Notes: a model not told the origin generated them from the sequence alone. 63,994 nt of DNA, filler included, from Piedraia hortae CBS 480.64 (GCA_010093745.1; 3 parts of 3 records of this genome joined end to end with filler, not necessarily neighbours in it), one strand, 5' to 3'. Shown: positions 11,934 through 23,455, counted from the whole stretch's first letter. Translations and numbers: made by a program.

Positions 11934-12334
11934 TGTCAGATAAGTTAGATCGGTGGTAGTTAGAACGCTCGAGGCTTCGCAGGGTTTTCTGCCTCATAGA
12001 ATTTTCCCCTGTGACGAGATCGCGTCATCACGTGGTCTCGGCAAATGCGGTCTAACCAGCTGTGGATCTGTGGAAGACGTTGTGTTAGCTCTTAGCACGT
12101 AGAGACGTACACAGTTACACAAACCTTTTAACCGAGAATGCACGTCTTACCAGCCCGGCGATTCCGTCCAGGATCCTGCTTCAAGGCCGGCCATCATTAT
12201 CATCACCGAGGAGCCTCACACGCTCCCTATGGATGCCCTCGAGTGAACTTCAACTCTCACTCGCACTTAAGCCTGTGAGGATGGACGAGCCTACCAGTTC
12301 AGTGAACACTCCGAAGGGCCCTCCCAAACCGACA
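11934..12334 (-). mobile_element. Degenerate solo LTR related to family C, possibly containing a family B-like LTR (12010-12202)
   Basis: TGTCAGA...CCGACA termini as in 5511-5814; shared CAGGGTTTT..CCTC..TTTTCCC block; 17-mer shared with 344-360; TSD imperfect. Confidence 0.5.
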
Positions 12335-13561
12335 TCCGGCGATGCAGCCCAACCCGCGGAACTTTTTCGTTAGCAGTCTGGTCCGGCCTCCCGCGAAGAT
12401 CCCAGCAACAGCGCTATCACACCATCCAAAGCCCAGGTCATGAATGTTCGTCCTGGCTTCAAGTTCGACGTGAGGGCTTCCCTCGTAAAGGCGGAAAGTG
12501 AACGCATGCCTTGGTCACCCAAGCAGGAAACCATGAATTAGCCAGGTACTAAAAAGGGCATACCTGGGCTTTTGCAGCCCGTATATAGCCAGCACAGGTT
12601 TTTTTTCACGGACTGTTTTAATGGTAATTAACCCCCTGTCAAACAGCCAGAGCCCAAGACTCTAATTTTGTGCTCACACAAGCACAGAAGAATAGAAAAC
12701 AATCCTATGTGGCTTTCACGTTTCCAGTCGACCTTCAACGCGGTCAGGATGCGGCATGTCTGGCGGTGCGCGGTGTTCTGCATGGATTTGTTCAAGGCAG
12801 CAAGCGAGCGATGGGCCGGCTGCTGGGATGTGCATCTTTGCTTCCTAGTGTGGGAGCTGACGAGGAGCCCTACCCGACGTTTTCGGGGAAGAAGCGTAAT
12901 CCGTAGCTGGCACGCATGGCGATGGGCTGCATGCGTCCAGACGGGAGGAGAAATTGAAAGGCCATATGTAGTGCTGGAACTGTCTAGAGAGAATTTTCTC
13001 TTCTTTATGGGGGAGGCGGGGGGGGAGTATGTGGAGAGAAAGATCTAGCGCTGTCAATCGCCAGAGTGGAGGGCCAAAAGGGACCTGTTTCGCGAGGCGA
13101 ATCTTGCGCGAAAAGATGCGATGGAGAAGTGAGTTGCGTGATGTGCGAAGTGGAATGGATGCGAGGGGGGGTCAAGATGAAGCTCGTCTATACTACTATG
13201 GTTGAAGAAAAGGTTATTATGATGTGCGACGTTGAGATACCACGGGCCTGATCTCAACGTTGGCTGTGCGTGTGTACTTCTACGAGCCTGGAGGCTCGTA
13301 ATTTTGCCCTTTCAGCTGCCAACAACTTTCATATCGTAAGTCAAGCACGTTGCAGGAGCATAAATTCTGTCCATTACTTTTCCAGTTCTTTTGCACGCTT
13401 TGCTGAACAAAAGGTAAAGATTAAGGTCGAAATAGAGCTTTTCGATTATATCGGATTTAGGGAATCAATCTCGCACATTTTACATCGACGGTACCACCAG
13501 ATCAGATTCATGGAAACAGAAACAGTTTCTGTTAGTGTATTTCGTCGCAGGCAGAAAGATG

Positions 13562-14360
13562 ATTATTATTATTATTATTATTATTTCTCTTATGCCGAAG
13601 GAGCTAGAATGTATCATAGTTCGGCGCCCCGAATGGCATGCGGTCCATCTACAAGTGTTTAACCAACAATTAGACTTCATTCGCACGGTGCGGTCACCCT
13701 CGACGCTATACATAACCTGGGTCTCTCTCCACCCAGCTTAGTAACAGATACGGAAGGAAGGGTTGTGGGGTGATTGAGGAAATGGCCGGGTTGGGACTTC
13801 TATAGTTCCCACCGGCTTGGTAGTCTCAGCCACCGGTGCCTGTTTGTTCCACCGTGGTCGTTCGCCTTCGTGGGGCTCCGGCTCATCATTCTCTCCGCTA
13901 GCCACCCCGCCGCTGTCGGCATTTCATCCATGATGTCCACCGCCAGCCGATACCCCCTGAGTTTGCCTAGAGAGAGCAACTAGCGGACAATCGTTTCTGC
14001 CTTGCGCCGGTTCGTCAGTGCGGCACGCACATCACGCGTGTTCCTGAAGCTCAATGGCAGTCTCGCTCTTGACTCTGTCATCGTCGAACATCCAAGCGAG
14101 AGATGTGCAACTGTCTCGGGATATGCTCCGCACTCACAAAGGGGGGTATCGAATCCGGGTACTCATCGACTGGGCAGGAATTTCCGCAGGCCAATAACGC
14201 CGGTCCTCGCCTGAATCAGCAGCAAGCTGTGCGGTTTGCGGAAAGACTTGTGTAGATCTCGTGCCATCCGGCCATCTTTTCTACCTTCTACGTTGATTTA
14301 CACGTCGTCTGGCGCGGCCGGGAGTGAATTTGATAGTCACTTTAGCCAATAGAATGGTTT
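13562..14360 (-). mobile_element. 5'-truncated LINE (Tad1-like) relic with a (TAA)8 tail
   Basis: Minus frame LLIQARTGVIGLRKFL...PLCECGAYPETVAHLSLGC...IVR*LLSLGKL is the ORF2 C-terminal CCHC finger; (ATT)8 at 13562-13585 lies where the 3' tail is expected. Confidence 0.8.
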
Positions 14361-14364
14361 CGGT

Positions 14365-15003
14365 TCACCGGTTAAGGCGACGGTTTGCGTAGTCAGCATT
14401 CCAGTTTTGAGAGAGAGCCTGATGGTCGGTGTGGATGGTGACTGACTGGGCGCAGCTGTGGATGATGAATGGTAGGGTTTTGATGGCCCGGACGATGGCA
14501 AGCATTTCTCGCTCAGTGGCCGAGTAATTGCGTTCGGCGGAGGAAAGTGTCTTGCTAATCATCGCAATTGGGCGGTCATGCTGGAACGCGATGGCTCCCC
14601 TGCCGAATAGGGAGGCATCCGTGAATATGTCGACAGGTAGAGCGGGGACAAAGAGAAACACAGAATGCGCGTGGAGTAGGGCATCGATCAGGGCGCGAAA
14701 GGTTTGTTTGTGGTCGGAGGTCCACCGGAATGGCTGTTTGCCGGTGAGGGAGTAAAGGGAGGCGGCGAGGGCCGCGAAGCGCGGAAAGAAATTCCGGAAC
14801 CAGTTCGCAGTTCCTAAGAGTTGTTGGACATCCTGTTTAGAGCGAGGCGTAGGCCATGAGAGAGCGTATGAGGAAGTGTCGGGGGAAATAGTTCCATGCA
14901 ACACGAAATGCCCAAGGTATCGGACGCGCGTTTGAGACCATATGGACTTGGAGTCTGCGATTTCGAGGTTGTTGGATTCCAGGATGTGTTTGACTTGCTT
15001 CAA
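14365..15003 (-). mobile_element. Ty3/Gypsy pol fragment (RT C-terminus and RNase H)
   Basis: VRYLGH, WPTPRSKQDVQQLLG, FTDAS, ERNYSATEREMLAIV and TDHQAL motifs. Confidence 0.9.
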
Positions 15004-15519
15004 ATGATCGGCGTGGAGCCGCTTCCCAAGTGCGGTGCCTGTCCCGATTCAAGGCCGCCCCCTGCTGGCGCTCGCGTCGCTTGCTCTATTAAACGTAGGC
15101 ATTCTTCTCCACAGGTCCTTGTCCCTCATTACCAAAGTGACACAGTACTTTGTTCTACTCTTCTGCTGATCCCTCTTTGAACGGTCGTTCCCTCCCTGTG
15201 CGACATCGCCGTTCCTTCAACTGTGTTGCTATGCTGGCACAAGCGCAGGCAGAAAGACGAAACAGTCGACGACTTTGACAGATGAGTGGTCTCTTGCAAT
15301 AATGCGGTGGTGCCACTGATGTTGCACAAATAGCTATGCAACAGCGAACACAGAGCAGTCAAAACCTAAAATAACATTCTGAGTAGATGGTTGAAGACTG
15401 TTTCAATTTGCTCCAACGCAGAGCATCAAACCTTAGTGCAGTCAGTTCACAAACGAACAGAAAACATGCATGGGCAATTGGCAAAGCAGTTGTCCTTCTC
15501 GACGCGCTGCCTACTTTAT

Positions 15520-17609
15520 CTAAGCCTCCATATCACGAATGCTGGAGTGTAGTTGCGAGACCATGTTTGCCTGTTCGACAGCGCCCTGCTGATGTGTCAG
15601 AGGTTGGGTCTGGTTGAGGACCTGCGATAAGTCCGGGGTGGACGGTGTAGGCGGAGACGGGCTGGCAGAATTCCTGCTTCGGGGGTTAAAGGCCCTTCTG
15701 ACCCTCGGCTGTTCATAGTCAATCCCTTGATCGTGAAGCCTCCTTATAGCTTTCTTGTCAAGGATCACTCTGTCCCATCCGGGAGGTAGTTCCACTTTGC
15801 CGCTAGACCTGGTTAGCTTTAAAGGCGTAGAGCAATCGAATGATGACTTACAGTAAATAGGTCATCTTGACATTTCGCGCTTTACACCTAATATCCTCAG
15901 GGCTACGGATTCTCAGACACTGCTCATGATTGTTGTCATATTGCTTTAATACCGAGTAACTGAGTTTTTGGTCTGGTTTACGACTTATGAGGGAGACAAG
16001 AGCATCTTCCTCATCATTGGTCCATGGTGTACGCACTTGTTGACCACGGTCGGTAGGGACAATATGCCTTTCTTTGCGGCGAATTTTAGCCTCTTCATAG
16101 GTAGTGCTTATCGGCGCGCTGGGTGACCAAGGTCGTTTGCGAGAATGCACCCTAGGAGACGCGAATTCGGTTGTTGGATGAACTGTGGTGGACGATCGAA
16201 CACCGACAGTGGAGTGAGTGCCAGCGATGGGGTATGGCCCAGTTCTTGAATAAAGCCCAACAGCGCGGCGACGCTCGTCGGCCGCAGTGAGATCGCGACT
16301 GTCCGTTTGGAATCCCTCGTCTTGCGTTGGGTCAAAGCTCGAATCACGGCCCACATATGGCTGGGAGGGAAAACTGGGCGGTGACGGTATATCAAAAGGT
16401 AGCGGCGTTGGATCGCGTTGGTGGCTGGTAGACCATTGTCTGCCGCGTTGGGTCGGAGGGGTTTGGAATTCCAACTGGTCACTCGACTTAGCAGGGGAAA
16501 CTTGCACGGTCGGATCGGCTTCGCTGATGTCCTGCATCAGCCTTGGATCCATCACCGGGGCTGAAGAGCTTGCAAGGCGCTTTTCACGTGCCTTGAGCTG
16601 GGCAATTTGGTTTTTGAAGGAGTCTGCATTCGAGGACGGTACTCGCTTAATATTAGCAAGGCGTGTGAGGATGGCTTCGGGCCCTCCAGCTTCGTTGATG
16701 CGCTCGTCAAGGTTGGCCTTTCGCTCAGTGCAGAAAGCAATTGCATGATCGAGGAAAAGGTCCCATGGAAATTTGGATTGAAGCGTCTCCAATGTACCAG
16801 CCGAATTCGTTTTCCAGCCGTCAAGCACAGTGCTCAGTAGCTGGATTCTGCCGTTCATCAGCTTATCCGTTTCCTCACTCAGCACACCGCCTGGCAACTT
16901 GTACGTTGTGGCGCCATCGACAGTAGTCAGAAATATTTCCCTAAGGGGATCGTGCGGGTTTCCCGTAGATTCAAGGGTTTGGAGACGCATTAACAGCAGC
17001 TGCGTTTGGAGTTCGACAAAGACGCCTGCAGCAAATGACGAGCCCGCAATTGCCGTACCATAGTTTTCTACCAACTTCTCAAAAGCCTTGACGGTATCTG
17101 TAGAGACAGCAGCGGGAGTGGAAACGTCAACCAGCAGCGTGCGCAGCATCTCTGCCAGATTGATGCGATAAATAATGTCATCAGGGCGCCAGGGCGCCGT
17201 CACTGGGTTTGGCGGCTGGCTGGAACCGAACAAGGCGTACAGAACCTCATCAGGTCGGATGTAGAGTGAGCCTGCCACGCTCTCCTTGGGCACTTTGAAC
17301 TGGGCGATCCGCGACTTGCAGAGTCTGCTCAGCCTTGATCCAACATGATGAATCTCTCGCCACGTTCTCGTGCGCTCTGTGGGCTGCGGAAGGAGAAACT
17401 CCGTCAGCTGATCGGCAGCTGCAGACAAGTTTGGCAGAACGTCCACCAGGATATCCGCATCCAGCGTGCCTTCCACTGCCGATGGTTGGTCAGTCTGGTG
17501 GTCCTTAGGGTTACCAACACTTGCCCTGCGTCGACTCTGGCTGTCCGATCTCCACCGCCGCGCGCGCCAACGAGCGCGCTGTACCAGGAGAGTTAGAGGC
17601 TTCCTGCAT
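15520..17609 (-). CDS. Telobox-type Myb/SANT protein, TRF/Tbf1/Taz1-like (exons 17609-17525, 17475-15852, 15802-15520)
   Basis: C-terminal Myb domain WTNDEEDAL...RSPEDIRCKARNVK resembles the telobox LKDK(W/A)RN; GC-AG intron 17476-17524 and GT-AG intron 15803-15851 both keep the frame. Confidence 0.7.
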
Positions 17610-17655
17610 CGTCGTTCCCGCTATGCTGCCACGTCGTACAGCACAATGTTTATGA

Positions 17656-17683
17656 AGGGTTAGGTTTCAAAGTCAGGGTTAGG
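17656..17683. promoter_or_regulatory. Two telomere-like AGGGTTAGG sites upstream of the Myb gene
   Basis: AGGGTTAGG at 17656-17664 and 17675-17683, 47-74 bp from the ATG. Confidence 0.45.
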
Positions 17684-18294
17684 ACTGGTCGTTGGAACGC
17701 ATGCGGAATTTTTCCGCTTTGGCTTGCTAACTCTCGGCGACCTCGGAGGGTGAGACTGTAACAACTGGAAGTGAATACAGTGACTAGTTAATTGACAGGC
17801 AACAGTATGGCCTTATGTATCATGATTCACCAGACATATCGCCACGCTGCCACTTACGGACTCTGGACAGCCAATTCTTCAGCCTGGAAAGTTCGCGTTT
17901 ACCAAAGAAGTGTACTCGAAGTCGTTATCGGAATTCTTGGTCTACCTAACGCAGTGCTGCTAACAGTTGACGGAATGGACGGGCCATAGACACATAGACA
18001 CATAGACAGCGCTTGTCCAAACCCCAGACTGTTTGAGGCGCTAAATCGTTTTTTAACGTTCGGCGTTGCTAAATTTAACCTGCCATCGCAACGTCTGGTG
18101 GAGCGGCGCAACGTTTGGTCGCACCGCAATCCACGAATACCGTTTGAACATCGTTCTTTCCTTCACACTAGGGTGATCCGTTTCTCAGACCATAACCAAG
18201 GCTTTTCTCTTGCGGTGCAACCAGGGCGCATTCGAAGACCGATGCGCGCGACCCCCTCGTCTAGCTGCGCGCTTGTTCGACCGGATGCAAAGAC

Positions 18295-19611
18295 ATGGCC
18301 CCGCATAGAGACTTAACCGCTGATGCTGGGCCAAAGCGCAAGCGTGATGATGGTGAAACACCAGAGTCGCCCTGGCCTAGGAAGCAACTGGTCACAAGCG
18401 TTTCGAACGTCTCCGAGACGCAAGACTCCGAAGAAGAACTCGACCCGGTTGAGCATTGGATTCTGGAAACCAATTGGCCTGCAGCAATGTCGGGTAAAGC
18501 ATCCAGCAGTCTCAAGAGAGCTCGCGAAGATGGGACCGTGCCCGTGGAGGTCGTAGACGTAAGAAGAGGAACCTTGATAAATGACTTTAGCAAAAACATT
18601 TCCAAAGAGGCCAATAAAGCTCAGGCTCTCAAGCTCTGGGCAGACAACATAACCACGTCCGAGTTCGAAACTGCGCTGGCGGACATGTCTGGAAGTAACG
18701 AATCCGCGGTTGTGAGGTTTCTGAACAAGTTCTTCTTTCACGACATAAGAACCTTGCGAAAATATCTTGGCGAGGACAAATTTCCATACCTCTTGCAAGA
18801 TTCCTCGGCTCTGTGGATGTGGAAGATGGGCGGTACCTATCCAATGCCAGACCTTTTCTATGGTGTTAGTGAAGTATTCTTTGATGGTAATCAGCAGCTT
18901 GGTCGCCTTCAGGATTATATGCGTAATCAAAAACCCGCTAAATGCACCGCCTCACAGTATTTCCCTCTGCTAGTTTGCGAGTTCAAGTCATCCTCTGGGA
19001 GCTTGCTGAAGGGTAACACACAGTCGAAATATGCTGCTGCTACCGTTGTCCAGGCGATCATTGAGCTATGTGAAGTTGCCGATATCGATAAACTGAAAAG
19101 CCTAGAAGGCCACTTCCTTTGCTACAGTGTAGTTGCCAACAATGAAACGATCAAGATTTTTGGCCATTTTTTTAGACAGGGGACAGATGACAAGATAACG
19201 CACTATTGCTACACTATAGCAGTCCGAAATTTCTTTGATGAAACTTCGTCCGCTAATGCTGATGATATTTACAAAAGCCACATACTGGGCCTTATCATCG
19301 ATCTCCTCGAAAGGGCTTACAAAGAACATTTGAAACTCCTCAAAGACCTTGTCGAGAGATTGAAGAGCTCCGACCCTGCCAAGGATAACGAGCGTCCCAC
19401 TCGGCTGGTTTTGGGTGATCGGTATCCTAATGGCCACACCAAGAAGCGAACGATTTCCGGCAAGTCTCGCACGGGAAAAAGTTCCATGGCCAACACGCAA
19501 CAGAATAACGTGACAGAAATTGAAGCCGATCAGAATGCGCGACGATCAGCTGAGTTGATGGAGGAACACACTAAAAACATGAATTTAATCTCAAGGTTGA
19601 ACGACAGATAG
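18295..19611 (+). CDS. PD-(D/E)xK-like nuclease-fold protein, copy 1, with basic NLS-like motif and coiled-coil tail
   Basis: KRKRDD; PDLFYG...YFPLLVCEFKS; a homologous tail continues in another frame to about 19787, suggesting a frameshift near 19600. Confidence 0.65.
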   Translation: MAPHRDLTADAGPKRKRDDGETPESPWPRKQLVTSVSNVSETQDSEEELDPVEHWILETNWPAAMSGKASSSLKRAREDGTVPVEVVDVRRGTLINDFSKNISKEANKAQALKLWADNITTSEFETALADMSGSNESAVVRFLNKFFFHDIRTLRKYLGEDKFPYLLQDSSALWMWKMGGTYPMPDLFYGVSEVFFDGNQQLGRLQDYMRNQKPAKCTASQYFPLLVCEFKSSSGSLLKGNTQSKYAAATVVQAIIELCEVADIDKLKSLEGHFLCYSVVANNETIKIFGHFFRQGTDDKITHYCYTIAVRNFFDETSSANADDIYKSHILGLIIDLLERAYKEHLKLLKDLVERLKSSDPAKDNERPTRLVLGDRYPNGHTKKRTISGKSRTGKSSMANTQQNNVTEIEADQNARRSAELMEEHTKNMNLISRLNDR

Positions 19612-20074
19612 AACAGTTGCTGGCGGATAAGAAGGATGATAAAGAGCACATCAAAGAGCTAAGCGCAAATTTACGCGGGCTTCAGGAAACCAATCAGATG
19701 CTGATAGCCAAATACATCAAGCTGGTGGAGGACACGGCAAACTGCAGAGTTGCCGTCGGACAAGTGAATGGAGCAGAACAACACTGAAGTGATGAACGCT
19801 ACACAAAAACGTACATACTTTTCGATTTGATTGATGTCAGTTTTCTAGGCTAGATGTTGATCAGGTGGTAAAGTTTTCGCATTCGGGCTCTAGTGGGAGG
19901 TTGCCAGCGCACGAAATCAGCACATGATCGTCCTTATTTGCATAGCATACGTTATCGAGAAATCGATCCATTCACGGAATAGGCATGCATGCGATTCTAG
20001 ATTAAGCAACGCCTTTCGTCGCATGCTCAATGGTCTTATGTGCATGATAGCCTGATCGTTCGCTTGCTCAGTCG

Positions 20075-21599
20075 AATGCAAAAACACGGCCTCGCATAAG
20101 AAACTACCCGTTGCTGCTGCGCCAAAGCGCAAGCGTGATGAGGACAGGACACCAGGATCGCCAAAACCTGTGAAAGATTTAGCCAAAAGCGTTCAACATA
20201 GCTCCGAAGCGTGAGGGTTCCGCCGAAGAACTCGACCCCGTGGAATATTGGATTCAAGAAGCGAAATGGCCTGCAGCAACGTCGGGAGAAGCGTCCAGTA
20301 GTCTCAAGAGAACTCACAATATTGGGACCGCGCCTGTGGAGATTGTGCACAAATAGAGAGAAAATCTGTTGAATGACTTTAGCAAAAACATCACCAAGGA
20401 GGTCAATAGAGCCCAGGCTCTAAGGCTCTGGGAAGACAACACAACTACGTCTGAGCTCGAAACCGAGCTGTTGGACATCTCTGAAAGTAATGATTCTACA
20501 ATTGGGACGTTTCTGAAGAGACTTTTCTTTCACGATGTAGGAACTTTGCGACAGTATCCTGGTCGGGAAAAATTTCCATACCTCTTGCAAGATGCCTCGG
20601 TTCTGTGGATGTGGAAGATGGACGAGACCCATCCAATGCCAGGCCTTTTCTATGGTGTGAGTGAGGAATACTTTGCCGATAACCAGCAGCTTGATCGCCT
20701 GCAGGGTTATATGTGTAATCAAGCCTACGCCAAATGCACCGCATCGCATTACTTTCCTCTGCTGGTTTACGAATTCGAGTCAATTTCAGGGAGCTTGCCG
20801 AAGGGCGACACACAGTCGAAGCACGCTGCTACTACCGCTGTCCAGGCGATCATTGAGCTATGTGAAATTGTCGAAGTCGATAAATTGAAGAGCCTAGAAG
20901 GCAAGTTTCTTTGCTACAGTGTGGTAGCCAACGATGACAGGATCAAAGCCTTGGGCCACTTTTTTAGACTAGGGGAAAACAACAAGATAACGCACTATCG
21001 TTACACTATAGCTTTCCGGATGTTACTCAATAAAACTTTCGACGCTAATCCCGATGCTCTGTACAAAAGCCACATACTGGGTCTTATCGCCAATCTCCTC
21101 AAAAGGGCTTATGAAGAGCATTTGACACTCCTCAAAGACCTTGTCGAGGGATTGAAGAGCTCCGACCCTGCCATGGATGACGAGCGTCCCACTCGGCTGA
21201 TTTTGGATGATCGGTATCCTGAAGGCCACACCAAAAAAAGAACGATTTCCGGCAAATCTCGCGCGGGGAAGAGTTCACAGGCCAACGCGCATGAGGATAA
21301 TGTGGGAGACATCGAAGCGGCTGAGACTGCGCGCCCGCTAGCTGAGTTGTTAAAAGACCTGGAGAATGAAGAAATGATATCGGAAATGAAGCGGCGATCC
21401 GATGTTTTGCAGGCGGAAATGTGGAAATACAGGCAAATGCGCAGGCGGAAGAGAAAGTATTGCTGGCAACCGTCAAAGAACAGCTTTCAAATTAACGACC
21501 AAAGGAAAGCGCAAGCCTCAAGAGAGGTGCGATTTGATGACGGCCAAATACGTTAAGCAGCTGGAAGACAACGCAAAGAGTAAAGCGACGAAAACTTGA
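20075..21599 (+). pseudogene. PD-(D/E)xK-like family copy 2 (tandem duplicate)
   Basis: Collinear with copy 1; start ATG changed to ACG, 5' stop and frameshifts; core open 20369-21556 with PGLFYG and YEFES; tail frameshifted. Confidence 0.75.
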
Positions 21600-22135
21600 C
21601 ACTGCTGAAGTGTTGAACGTCATCTTGCTAAAACGGTTGCCACAAATGGATGTGGTGGGTGTGGTGGGTATCATGGGTGCGGAGGGTGCGGTAGATGCGC
21701 TTCAAAGAGAAAATGTTGCATATCACGGCGTCGTATGAGCAATCGCTGTTCCTGGCAACGGTGGTTGCGGTGGTCATCATGTGCAGCCGAACCTAGATGC
21801 AGCGAATCCCGTGTCATACCGATCAAAGCTTTGTGACACTGGCTGAACTATCGGAGGGATTATTACATGTCTAAGTCGTTGTGCTGGTGGATGATGTGCG
21901 TGGTGCGGTGTTTGAGATAAAGAAAGGTGTAGACCTGTGAGCCAAGAATGTCCCACCTCTCAGTGCCACATACGACATGCGCCGACAGCGTTTGACGTCG
22001 TCCAAAGGGAACGTCATCCGGAATGAAAAGTTTGAGAGGTACGGCAGCTGACTGACATTGGCCGCTGCGGAGATCGCTCGAGATCTGATTCGCCGTAGAA
22101 ATCGAACAGAGTCCAAACGGTTGGTACAAACAACC

Positions 22136-22268
22136 TATTATAATTGTGAGCAGATGTGTACCTGCATACAAATCTCTACGGAAAACTAGTTGACGCGTGA
22201 AGTCGAGAGCCGAGCGACGGTTACTAATAATGCGCGTAATATACCGCATATTCACAACACTCCCCCTT
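22136..22268 (-). mobile_element. 3' LTR (22136-22259) and polypurine tract of a family A Copia-type element running into the gap
   Basis: Minus strand reads AAGGGGGAG|TGTTGTG...TATAATA; identical to the other contig-end copies where they overlap. Confidence 0.85.
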
Positions 22269-22312
22269 GCTGATTCGATTCAGCACTCCACGGTGCGCGG
22301 TTTCGATCAAAA

Positions 22313-22412
22313 NNNNNNNNNNNNNNNNNNNNNNNNNNNNNNNNNNNNNNNNNNNNTTAATTAATTAANNNNNNNNNNNNNNNNNNNNNNNNNNNNNNNN
22401 NNNNNNNNNNNN
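22313..22412. other. Artificial contig linker
   Basis: N44-TTAATTAATTAA-N44 with stops in all six frames. Confidence 0.97.
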
Positions 22413-22850
22413 TGAAGCGGATGGGGGCGTGTTCGGGGGTTTAGGCTTCCCCTTCGACTTCCAGCGCTTCGACCCTACGGGCATGCTAAGTACGATAAAC
22501 GACGATCAGGAAGGGGAACTAGGGACTGCCTGGGACGTGAGAGGTTGTTTCGAGGGCTTATCGAGTTCAAGGCTGAGGTCTTATGAGGCGGAGTAATAGT
22601 GGCGTGCATGCATGAATCAACCGATGACGTGGAAAGTGATTGGAGCGGATGCCGTTCGCCGCCGAGACTCGCACACAAGAATACCCCGAACGGACTAACC
22701 AGGGCGACATGATATCAATCCCTGGCCAAAAGCCCAATAGCTTCCAGGATTCTGGCCAGAGCTCGTGGTGGGATTCTCGCGAATGAAATCGTTGTGTAAC
22801 ATGAGCGAGACACCTCCTACTCACCCCTGGATCAAATCGGCTTACTAACA
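22413..22850 (-). mobile_element. Possible relic of a tyrosine-recombinase retroelement (DIRS/Ngaro type)
   Basis: Frameshifted SAANGI...VIG*...ARHYYSAS loosely resembles a YR C-terminus; weak. Confidence 0.25.
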
Positions 22851-23091
22851 TAACTCGAGGTGGCCTAGAGAGAAGATTGCAGATTTGGGGTTGCTCTTAA
22901 GCGCGCACAGTTTTTGTCTGGTACTTTCTGGCGCGATAGGGTTTTCTATACACGGTTCTTGTACTATTATCGCACGGACCTTGAACTTCTAGGAACTCTA
23001 TCTACCGTGCCTTTCCGAGAATACCGCGCTGTTTCAATGTACCACTCATAATAAGCGGAAGTTCTACGCGGTACACATACGGTATAGTCCT

Positions 23092-23455
23092 TCACCTCAG
23101 ATCCTGTCGCTGCTGCGTCCTCCAATGTTGGCCTTCTCCGTAATCACGAGGGATCCCAAAAGCACGAGGTAATCGCTCGCTCTCTTCGCTCTTCGTCCGA
23201 GCGATTTCATGCCCTTGATGACTTTTCAGGCCTTTAGTTTCCTTGGTGGAAGTCTGGCTGACATTGCTTTGGAGCTTTTTGCGTAGGTGGTCGCAGCAAA
23301 TATCTATCTGATCCTCGTTCAAGTTATTACAGTCAGTTTAGCCCAAACAGCAAGAGCAGATACTTACCCCTTCATCCTCCAGTTTAGCTCTCAACTCAAA
23401 GACTTTCACATCTATCCTCCTCAATCGCTCATGCTTTAGGATCTCCGCGTCCCGG
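23092..23455 (-). pseudogene. CWC21: CWC21 (cwf21 domain) gene fragment
   Basis: EILKHERLRRIDVKVFELRAKLEDEG / EDQIDICCDHLRKKL...KGLKSHQGHEIARTKSEESERL; GTAAGT donor at 23367 but no AG acceptor; N-terminus absent. Confidence 0.8.

Noticed and set aside
14140..14165. tRNA-like TTCGA motif
   Set aside because: It is coding sequence of the LINE relic (PGFDTP).
18286..18309. Seven-codon uORF shared by nuclease-like copies 1 and 2
   Set aside because: Explained by the tandem duplication itself; not seen in copy 3.
22357..22368. TTAATTAATTAA as a biological motif or piggyBac target
   Set aside because: It is embedded in Ns and repeated at the second gap; a synthetic all-frame stop linker.
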